From NCBI RefSeq assembly GCF_021869535.1, contig NW_026262582.1, forward strand, positions 59,582,001 to 59,646,000: 64,000 bases of DNA, given 5' to 3'. The notes below the pieces were generated by a model that was not told the origin of the DNA, ran no database searches, and saw only the letters and a program-made list of their open reading frames with translations. This stretch comes from Mytilus californianus. Lineage: Eukaryota. The stretch's first letter is position 1; the number at the start of each line of letters is the position of its first letter. Positions 51,991-62,246 of this stretch are shown here, piece after piece. The translations under genes were made by a program, and so were the position numbers.

Positions 51991-52248
51991 AGGTTGCACT
52001 TCTGTAAATATAGACAATGCAATTTCCCATAGAAACTCCCTTTGCGGCTAAAACTGTGCCACTGTCACTATGAAGTTTCGTAAAAAAATATATCCTAGAA
52101 CGGAAAGTTAATATGCACTACTATTTTATTCAAAGGTCAAACCATAGGGCTGTGCGGCATATTTTCAACATGTATATGACCAGAACTTCTGGGAGTTTAA
52201 ATTTATACTAAAATTCTGTGAAACAGCTGTATTTACAAAGTGCAACCT
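51991..52248. mobile_element. Internally deleted second copy of the AGGTTGCACTT MITE
   Basis: Colinear with 50400-50628, then jumps to the 50820-50849 equivalent. Confidence 0.8.
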
Positions 52249-53812
52249 TCATCCGCAAGGGTGGAGAGGAGAGGACTGGACCGTAACCCTTGGCTAGCGA
52301 AGATGGAAACCCATCAATGGCCTAGGGCTGTTTTATGCTCGTTGGTCGGGTTGTTGTCTCTTTTGCACATTTCTTATTTTCATTCACAATTTTATTGGCT
52401 GTAGTGGGTAATCTGTAATATGCAAAAAACACAGACAGTTAATTCTAGTTGGTTCTTGTAACTTATGCGATATCACAAACTAGTTTTAAAAGTCATTTTC
52501 ATCGTGTACATATTACTGATTCAACTTGTCATCAACAGTAGTACAACTATTACAAAATAGTCAAACTCAAGGTGCACTTCGATGTAACTCAATAAATATA
52601 TCAAAACTAGCAAAATGTATGAAAGCGTGTAACGTACAAAAATTAACACTATGCTACTGAAAGTCTGATTACGAAAATATGTTACGTAAGTTAAATAAGT
52701 TTTAATTACACACAACACTTTCCAAAGAACTACATCAATATTATGCCTTACTGTTTGTCACAAACATAGAAATAAGACATAAACCGTTAGAAGTTGGTTA
52801 GTTGGATTATGCTTTTGTGAATGTAGGTATATATTTTTAAATGTTATTAAATTTTTGAATTATTATTTTTTTAACTTTTAAGTTATCCCATTCAACATTG
52901 TCACAATGTAACAATTTTTGTAATTGATAATTTCGAATGAAGGTGTTTTATACTTTTGAACTTTCAATCATTTCCGTTAGATATTTTCTGATCCTAATAC
53001 ATTGGTGTGTGTTTGTCTAGAATATATTAATGCCAACAAGTATGTACTAGAATTGACTAATGCAAACAAGTACGTATTTAAACAATAGTGTGACTGTCTG
53101 GCAAATGGTAATGCTATTTGTTACATTAAGTCAATCCTTGTGTTTCATTGGCATATTAAATATGCATGTACCAATGTAAGAACATCAGGTATTGTAACAT
53201 AGAAGTATGGGATATCCAGTTTATTTTTTATTCGTTTGAAATGTTGTCCTTACTTGTATTTAGATAATACAATTGACAAACTTACGTATTTGTTGTTTGC
53301 AAATACGTAATATGTAAATATATGATTGAATGCAACTTATATGTTTCTTTGTTGTTTTATTTTTATAAATCACTAGCATCAATTTTGTTTTTTTTAACGT
53401 TCTTAATGAAGGTGAATACAGAAAAGATCAATATCAATTGTTTTAAAACGAACCGAAAGTTCAAAGCGAAACTTTAGGACAATGCCATGAAATTTGATAA
53501 ACAATAGTAAAATCGATATACAAATATTTCCGGCATCAAGCTGGTTTGTATAACTGGTCATTATAGAGACTGATTTGTTACTGATTTATTTACTATAACT
53601 TGTATAATTGACTTGTAATTTGTGAAATACACAAAAGCACCTCATCAAATCCTTCTCATTAAACACGTATACGTTGACTATAAGAAATAATTATATAATG
53701 AGATAGCAAAAGTAGTACAATGAGAAAACTAATAAATAATTCATAATAAAGAGAAATTAATATGTCTTGTCGGTGTTTTTAATATTAAATTGTACTTGAT
53801 TTATTTCATTAG

Positions 53813-53896
53813 GTTAACCTTGTCTGAATCCACTACAAGCAAGTCGACTGGTGTAGACATATACTGGGCCGACAACCATGGTTTTAAATACAAAAG
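53813..53896 (+). pseudogene. Frameshifted duplicate of the 46030-46103 stalk exon
   Basis: TTGATTTATTTCATTAG acceptor context and AAATACAAAAG|GTA donor are conserved. LTLSESTTSKSTGVD is followed by ~10 extra nt that shift the frame. Confidence 0.55.
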
Positions 53897-54768
53897 GTAT
53901 TTTCAGAAAAAAAAAATATCGAACTTTTGGGTTTTACATTTGATTGAGTTGAATTATATCGCGTTTAGGGAATCATGATGTATTTAGATTAATACACAAC
54001 AACTTATTGCTAATTTTTAAATTTGTTCACAAGGTTATAATTTAATCAGACATTGTATGTATAAGTCAGATATATCTGAATATATGAGAAGCTTGAATTG
54101 TTGATGTCGTACATGTTAACCATACATGTATGACATCGTTGAAAATAAAATTTCACACGATATACAAATACAACACGATCTTGAAATGTATTAAATTTAT
54201 ATATCACAGTTGATTATCATCGATATTATTTATATTGTTTTTCACCACTTACAACAATATATGCCGATTAATCCATATGTACACATTACTGATTTCCATC
54301 AAAAGTGTGTTCACTGAAACTTCATGAAGCAAGGGGTAACTCGATAAGTGTATCAGTGAAACAAACATTATGATTAAAAAAGCTCAAATGGAAGACACTT
54401 CAGATTTGTGTCTAGCTATATGTACTCGCTGGAAACAAACCAAATAGATCGTTTTATTTATGTGATCAATAAAAACATTGTAAGTTGAGATATAAATGGC
54501 GATGTTTCAAAACACGATATGCTCAGGAAAAAAAAGCAGTTTAATAGTTTCATTAATCATAAATATAATTTTGTTATTTATCTTACATAAAGATAAATTG
54601 CAGTTATTAGAGGAAATATAAGAACAAAAGTACAAGAAAAACATACTTTCCTATATGAAAGAAATGTATCCGTTGTTGTTTTCTATCCGGAACTCGTTTG
54701 ATACACGGGTCAAATTTGATTTGCATTCCTACATAGGTATAGAGTATCACTAACAGCTGATCTGTTCA

Positions 54769-54854
54769 ATGAAAAATACTTATAGGATATTTGTTATAAA
54801 ATTAGGTGTATGCATTTGTCTGCATGGACCCAATGTTTGTCGACGTTATAGGAG
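54769..54854 (+). CDS. First coding exon of paralogue U7: MKNTYRIFVIKLGVCICLHGPNVCRRYR(S)
   Basis: ATG, hydrophobic core, and PNVC motif as at the start of EMI domains (MEGF10 DPNVC). Consensus AG|GTAAGT donor in phase 2 joins in frame to the acceptor at 60644. Confidence 0.65.
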
Positions 54855-55904
54855 GTAAGTAAATTGATATAAATTATATTGTGTATCAACACTGTTCTGT
54901 TTTTGTGTATATAATCGACGCATTTAAGTTCATATCATATTGCAAAAACAGATGTTGTAAGCAGCGTAGTTTACTTTAAATGAAAGAATTATGTATATAT
55001 TAAAAATGACATTATCTGACAAGTCTGAACAATTCATTTTTAAGTCATGTTCAGTTTTCCAGTCAATTTTCAGACCTGTTTACGGTAGTAAAGTAGTAAA
55101 TTCAACATATGTCAGAATATTCGCTTGCAGTCTATTCTGTACTGTCTAGCAGGTATTCAAACAAATCAGTATGATGTTTACCGATAAATAACAACGACCG
55201 ATCTTAATTGACGGCAAGTGAGTTGTCTGGACAGTACTGTATTTATTGAATTGGATTGACAGACTAAGAATGATTTAATCATTTTTGTTCAGTCTTTTTA
55301 GAGCTGTTCAGATCAAAATGACCGTTTCAGATCCCCATTCCTTTACTAGTGGAGTCATGCATGCATGTCTATATTAGCTTTTAAACATGGGATATATTTG
55401 GTCATTAGTTTTCGATGGTGTTTTGTGTACTGTACCATGGTATTGTCAGTTTGTTTTCGACAATTGAGTTTGAATTTCCATTTGGTATATTTCGCCTCTC
55501 ATTTAAATTATTTTTTCCTATACGTCATGTAACTTTTCATTTTTTGGAGAACGAAACAATAGCTTAGGGCAATGTTATTATTTATAATCAGTTATTCTGG
55601 CCTGGTAAAATGCAGTGTTCCAGAACGTAGATTATAGCTTACAACAAAATACTTCCTAAGAATAGATGTAACTTTGTAAATAAATAAAATATCTTGAAAT
55701 GTGTGTTCTCGGTTGAAATTATAAGGACTTAGGATCCCTGTAGAAACCATGTTGAGAGTTACTTTTGAATAATAGAAGATTCACATGAAATTGAAAATGG
55801 AGAGCATATTTTGCCTGTTGCTCATGTACCTATTTTCATACTACAAAACATCGTCTATCCAATTAAAGATAGGTTCAATTGTTCAGAACAAGCCTGTATA
55901 AGTA

Positions 55905-56522
55905 TAAAAATAAGGATATGTGGTATGATTTCAAATGAGACAACTATCCACCAAAGTTCAAATGAAGTGGATGTAAGTAATTATAGGCAACAATACGGCC
56001 TTCAACAATGAGAAAGAACCCATACCGTATGGACGGCTATAAAAGGCCACGACTTACAAAATTTAAATCAATTCAATTGAGAAAACTAACGGCCTTATTT
56101 ATAACAAAAACAATTTACAAAAATCAAATATGACAGACATGAACCAACGACAACCACTGAACTATAGGCTCCTGACTTGGGACAGGCACATAAAGAATGT
56201 TGCGGGGTTAAATATGTTTGTGAGTGCTCAACCCTCCCCTAACCTGGAACAGTAGTGTAACAGTACAACATAAGAACAAACTATAAAAATCAGTTGAAAA
56301 AAGGGTTAACTAATCAGATGGATACAAATAGAAATAAATCTAACAGAAACACAGAGTGGACGTGGACGGGTACTTATACACCCCAAAAACAAAAAGACAC
56401 GAAGTACAGATCTGAGAGTACTTGAAGTTACTGACAGCTAGTTCAAAGCCAATAATGATTAAGGAACAAAAATCATGTATCTAAGACTAAAATATCAATC
56501 AGTACACATCCAATGGATTTAG
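55905..56522 (+). mobile_element. Long copy of the AGATGTGGTATGATT interspersed repeat
   Basis: Aligns with 3445-4018(rc), 18605-18935 and 31020-31200. Confidence 0.85.
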
Positions 56523-56544
56523 ATTGTAGTACTGTGAAAGTACA

Positions 56545-58110
56545 TATGTGTAATATTTAGTATGGTTTAAATTTACTGATAACAAAATCAATATTTATAC
56601 CAATAAAAACAATATTCAAAGATCTAATTACAGTGTAGAATAGGTAACCTTTTAGAATAAGTTTATTTAAAGGATTGATTAGTTTACACGGATCGTTTCT
56701 AAATTTCCGGGCTCGGTTTACAACATCACCGTAAAATTTAGGATGTGCTATTCCGTTTGAAATAAGTTTTCTACAGGTACAGCTGAACTTGCAGACCAAA
56801 TCTTTGTATTTATTTAAGAATTAAGTAGAGGTTTAAAGTAATGTGTGGTAACGCAATCCCTGACTTAATAATTTACTAGTATTACATACATTATGCTCAT
56901 TAAAATCCAAAACGTCACTACAGACACGAGCATAGCGAACGAGTTGGGATATATAAACACCGTAAGGCGGAGCCAAAGGAACATCACCGTCCACAAAGGG
57001 AAGATTAACAATAGGAAAAGAAAATTTATCCCTTTTGTCGTAAATTTTTGTAGAGTTTCTGGTATAATACTGAAATATCTAAATCTGGGAAAGGACAGTT
57101 ACTGCTGTTGATACTAGATTTATTAAAAGTAAGTTCCTTTGGGTAAATTTAGCAGTATATATAAAAAAGAAGATGTGGTATGGTTAGAGAATTCTTGATA
57201 ATTTAAAGAAAACATATCATCAAGATAACGGTAAATGTTGTTGAATTTAAATGGAACTTAGACGGTTCTTTACTGAGTGGGTTGGCCATAGACTGTGTTT
57301 CATATCAGTAAAGGAACAAGTCTGCTATTAAAAGGGCACAATTGGTGCCCACAGGAATACCTACAATCTGTCGATAACTTTTATTGCCGAAACGTACATC
57401 AATGTTGTCAAGGAGAAAATTTAGCGCTTTAATCATCTCATCTCAACTCCAGTAAGTAAATCTAGCATATTTACCTTTCTCATTAGAGAAAAAGGCTTTA
57501 TATGAATTACAGCAAATAAATATGCAACCAGATTTATCAAACGACCATTTGATAAGTTAGGAAAAATTTTGTTTTATAAGATTGTGTGGAAGTGTAGTAT
57601 AAAGAGTGGAAAAGTCGAAACTGTCAACCAAATCAAAAAGACCATCAAAAGCACGTAATTCATCTAAAACATCCAAAGATTTTTTTACACTCCAAAAATT
57701 GTTAATTCAACTGTTTTCATATGTTTTATTACACAAATTTACGATAAGTTCTTTCATAGTAGTTAAGGGACTCGTTAAAAGCATCGAAAGATTAGCAGTA
57801 GAACACTTACTAGAGACCGAGATGAAACGATATTTTACGGGTTTTTTTTGTGTGTAGTTTATGTAACTAATACATAGTGGGACCTTCAAATGTTCAGAGG
57901 AGGCCTTTAGCTGAGCAGAGGTAGTGACATTATTATTTACTATATGACTCTCTGTGGAGCGTACGGCCTTGAATGGAGTTGAATATATAATAACATTCTT
58001 AAGGATTTCCGTATTTAAGTCATATCGCCACCACATTTTTGGCTGCTTTGTCGGTCGGTACGAACACAAAACGCTTTGATGGTACTTGCATTTTGTGTTT
58101 AATCCTAGGA
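56545..58110 (-). mobile_element. Penelope-like retroelement, ~1.55-kb degenerate RT domain
   Basis: Minus-strand motifs in order: KKPVKYRFIS, VDSFDFSTLYTTLPH (~57585-57625), YRQIVGIPVGTNCAP (~57333-57375), FNNIYRYLDDI (~57214-57245), KIYDKRDKFSFPIVNLPFVDGDVPLAPPYGVYISQLVRYARVC, and ISNGIAHPKFYG. Multiple frameshifts and stops. Confidence 0.9.
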
Positions 58111-60644
58111 ATGGGCGTATTACTTACTATTTTCAAATATAACTGTCCCTTTATTCAAACGTTAGTGAAAATATGTAGAAATGCTTGAAATTGAAGAATT
58201 TAATATACAAAGTAATTAGAAGTTGTTTTTCCAATTACAGAAACAAACATGTGAAATTCAAACTTAATAAATTATACCCGTTACAATGAAAAGTAAGTAC
58301 ATTTGTTTTTTGTTATCATGTTAAATCTATTTTTTATGAAAAATTATGTTCTTGTCAAATTATAACCCTCAAATTTCTACATTTTAGGGTATTTCAATCT
58401 GTTTTGATAATTTAGTATGTATACATTGATCATGTTTAAGATTTGAACTGAAATTTCATTTTTTGGACTTAAATCAAAAACACATGTTTATCATAACAGG
58501 GTTATAATATAATCATTGCTTTCAGATAGATACAATTTTGTACTTCAGACGCGCGTTTCATCTATGAAAGGCCAATTAGTGACGCTTAAATGAAAAAAGT
58601 TTATATGTAGCTTGCGACCAATTAATATTGTGAATTTTAATCTTTACTATTATCTTGTTTACTGGGTTTTTTTTTCTATTGCATCATCTTATGAATTAGG
58701 AAATTGATATATATATATATATGTAAATATAAAATATACCTTTTCACTTTTTTAGTCTTGATTACCACATGTCAAGATAAGATTCATTTTACATCTTACT
58801 GATGAATGATATTAGTTATCCGAAATATCTAAGATTTGTTCATGATTTGATTATTTTTTGGTGATGCTGTACCCTTTTAGACTTGTTATATATCATATTT
58901 TGTAGTGTACTGTATCATAATTTTATGATCCATCGCCCCGCAAGAGTTATCGTTGGCTATTATTCAGTCATTTTATATATATTTATGTATATAAATATTC
59001 CAATATCTCACTTGAAATGGTTTGTTTAACCAGTTTTGAGACTGTTTTAGCCATGACATACCTAAATTGCTGAATAAAATGTATTCATGCAATTACACAT
59101 ATGTTTTTTTTTTTTATCAATATCACCAAATTTCAAACTAAACAATAACGGTTGGATAGGACAGAAATCATAGTGGTCATAAGTTGTCAACAGCGTATGT
59201 GATAAAGGAATAGCAAATTATATCAAAACATGATAACATAATCGCGCTTTTTGAAGCAGTTTAAAAAATTTTTTGCGATGGCGATTTTCCGATTATCATG
59301 TATATTTGAAATGGCCTTTATCATAACTTTGACCTTCACTAAACGGCCTTCAAAAATATACATATTGCATACTGTCAAGTAATGAGCTATAATAGGCCCC
59401 TTTCTGACAATATACAAAAAAAATAATGTAAAAGACAGCATCCAACGACAATATTTACGCGTTATTATATGGTATAGTACCTTCTTCTTTTTAATCAATT
59501 GATGGGATTTGAAAATCGATAAAATACTGTTGCCTTATCTTAAGTATACATTTAGTGATGCCAAATCTTGAATATCCGTTGTCATCTGTGACACAGATAT
59601 ACGATAATGGTCAACCAAATTATGGTACAGTCCGTAAAACTTTAAAGGGATGTCGTATACTCATCCACGTCAAAACCTCTATTAATCAAATTAGAATCTG
59701 AAACGCATGCTTTAAATATCGTATTAGATCTCAGATATATACTCCATAAACAACCGATGCTAAAATAATGCTACATTTCATAGAAAAGTCCTAATTGGAA
59801 AGATGAATACATCTCCGCTAAAGTAATTTTTGGCCTCAGTCGACCTTTATTCTCAGTCAGAACCCTTTTTCTCTAGTTGTTGTTTTATGGTTTTATTATT
59901 TATCTATTTATCTATTTATTATTTATTGATGATGATATAGCTTTTAAACTGTTACTGTTAATTAAATTCGCAATCTGAGGTCTTAGATCTAGAAATACTG
60001 TACAGACACTTTTCTGTTATCGACTGCATGTTGGTCTTTAGGTGTAATACCACCATTGATTTTCCCCTATTAGTCTTTGTTAAATTTGCACTTTTCAAAA
60101 AATTGTGCAGAATTTATCTTTGTTTCAAATAAAGAAATACTTGGCATGAGTAAAGTTTGATCCTGTCCAGTACTATAGAAAAAATTTCACATAACATTTC
60201 ATTGCATATAAGAAAATAACCATCACTGGAAGTTAACCAATCAAATTTTCCCCCTTTTTTAACCTGTATACAAGCTTTAGTAACCATGTAACCTCAAGTT
60301 TCCAAAATATTCTATAGAAACCCCAAATAAAAAAATAATGGTGCTTTGAAATACCCAAGATATATGTTTATGACCCAGAAATGTTTTACTGCAATGAAAT
60401 GTAGGATCAATTACCTACAACTGTCAAATTCAAGGGAATATTTTTTTTCGACCTATTTTCGTATGCAACCGGATGTGACGTACTATGATTTGGTGGTATT
60501 ACACCTTTAATTTGTGACGTTTGTCTTTTGCTATTATATTGTCTGTCCTTTGATGGGTACCGTATATATCATACAAAGGATAGCAATACAGATTATTTTA
60601 GTCATCAATTGGAAGATGTGTAAAACATTAAACTTTATTCGCAG

Positions 60645-60736
60645 TTTTGTCGGCTGGTTCTACAACCTACACCCTGAATACCGATGTCATTGCTGCGAAG
60701 GATTTTACCAAGACAAAGGCATGTGCAAGCCTAAAT
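60645..60736 (+). pseudogene. U7 exon 2 (FVGWFYNLHPEYRCHCCEGFYQDKGMCKP)
   Basis: TTTATTCGCAG|T phase-2 acceptor and CCxGFY..CxP motif. The position homologous to the U2 donor reads C|CT; the next GTAAGT (60737) would create TAA on joining to 60942. Confidence 0.7.
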
Positions 60737-60941
60737 GTAAGTTCTGTTATTAAAAAACATATCTTCAAATTGTGTTACTATCTATAGCTTACATATCAGA
60801 AAAGAATTGTATGTGTTCATGACTCTTCAACACACGTTACAGATTGTTTTGTTTACCCTTCAAATTTAATGAGCTATCCATAAACACTACTGTATATATT
60901 ATCCCCGTCTATTGAAGCTCTATACTGTATTTGTACTTTAG

Positions 60942-61103
60942 AATGTCTTGCTGTATTTGTGGACAAGATTGCAGATTATCGTATCTGATAGACTTTATGG
61001 TATCAACTCTCTGAAAAAATTTAGTTGCCGGAAAATTGGAGTGTGCCATAAAATTTCGGGATGTATTTGCAAAGACGGATTAACGGACCAAAGTGCAATC
61101 AAT
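60942..61103 (+). pseudogene. U7 decayed EGF-repeat exon
   Basis: TACTTTAG|AA TGT start. Pieces CLA / CGQDCRLS / DRLYGINSLKKFSCRKIGVCHKISGCICKDGLT / PKCNQ lie in different frames (at least 3 frameshifts), with apparent Cys losses. Confidence 0.75.
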
Positions 61104-62128
61104 GTTAGATTAAAAAGTTTGCCTTTTCAGTAATCCAGACAATAGCAAAAAACAAAACCATCATGCACAATTGATTGCAAATAGATTTTCTCTGTAGGGA
61201 TAACTATATGTAAGAATGTTAAATTAGTAAAAATGTCAATGCTTAAAAAAGTGACAGTCACAATAACATAACAGCATGTAAATGATGTATGTAAACGTAC
61301 GTTGTAATGTTAAATGTGGGTGGACTTCTTTTAAACAGCCTTTCTATATTGTGTGTGTTAATGAACGCATGTAGGTTCATTTTATTCAAATATATGTCGT
61401 GGAACGTTCGCTATGCTTTTCAACCGATAATTTGATAACAACATATATGTTCAAAGAAAACGAAAAATATATAGTCTTACTTAAGATTGATAAAAATTGA
61501 AAACAACACGTTTAATAATTTCATGCGTCCGAAGCGCTTTTCTTGATTTACCTTCATCAGGAACGCTCAAAGCCAAACATTTGAAATCCGAGTGATGTAT
61601 AAGTACCGAAACAGTTGAAGAGCTATATGACAAAAATACCTAAAACAAATAGCCTAATTCATCCGAGATCAACTTTGCCTGAGGGAGTTGAAACCTTAGT
61701 TTCTTTATAAAATTTCTGAGATGATTATCACACGAGGATTTCCAATTGCCTATATGACCGAGAACCTTAGATCATGAAATCATAACCGCAGGGGTGCTAC
61801 CAATCTAGATGTTGTATTATAAACATATTGATGATGAACATGCGTATTTGGAATTCATGAAGCATATTGTCTCATATCTAGCATTACTATGATATTTGTT
61901 TTGCATATGTGTAACAAGCGGAAGAAATCTAGCCATAAATTCACATCCAGAATGATAACATATATTAAGGGCCTCTCGTGCAACTACCCTGTTACAGCGC
62001 TTCTCGCGCAAGTTACTTCAGTTATTTCCGGTGTCGTATGTTTACAAATAATATCTGACACTCAAAGACCTGACAGAGGGTGATCGATTCATTAAATTTA
62101 AACTGTGCTATTTGAACAGTCACATTGC

Positions 62129-62246
62129 ATTGATCGTATATTCATATGTGGTATACAGTTATTGACCGTATATTCATATGTGGTATACAGTTATTGACCG
62201 TATATTCATATGTGGTATACAGTTATTGACCGTATATTCATATGTG
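62129..62246. repeat. 32-bp minisatellite, ~3.7 copies
   Basis: Unit starts at 62129, 62161, 62193 and 62225; same unit as at 1-62. Confidence 0.95.

Larger units (their letters stand above)
49925..52306. mobile_element. ~2.4-kb non-autonomous TIR element inserted into a short interspersed repeat
   Basis: ~50-bp imperfect TIRs (CCATC..TTCGGTAGCCGAGGGTTACGATCCAGCCCCCTCCTCTCTACCCTTG at 49925-49978; rc at 52256-52306). Flanks AGAC/AAAC are a candidate 4-bp TSD with one mismatch. The host repeat resumes either side (49870-49924; 52311-52390). Confidence 0.75.
48960..54530 (+). repeat. Segmental duplication unit, copy 2 (ends before the TM exon)
   Basis: See copy 1. Similarity to 46720 stops near 54530, and no counterpart of the 46999 exon follows. 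Confidence 0.85.

Noticed and set aside
60485-60644. Alternative signal-peptide starts for U7 (ATG 60553 read-through, or ATG 60485 with a 25-nt intron)
   Set aside because: The exon at 54769-54854 supplies the PNVC motif and a consensus phase-2 donor fitting the 60644 acceptor, and a 25-nt intron is implausibly short. The ATG 60553 option is not fully excluded.
62129-62246. 32-bp direct repeats as a CRISPR array
   Set aside because: Units are head-to-tail with no spacers, there are no cas genes, and the context is eukaryotic. It is a minisatellite.
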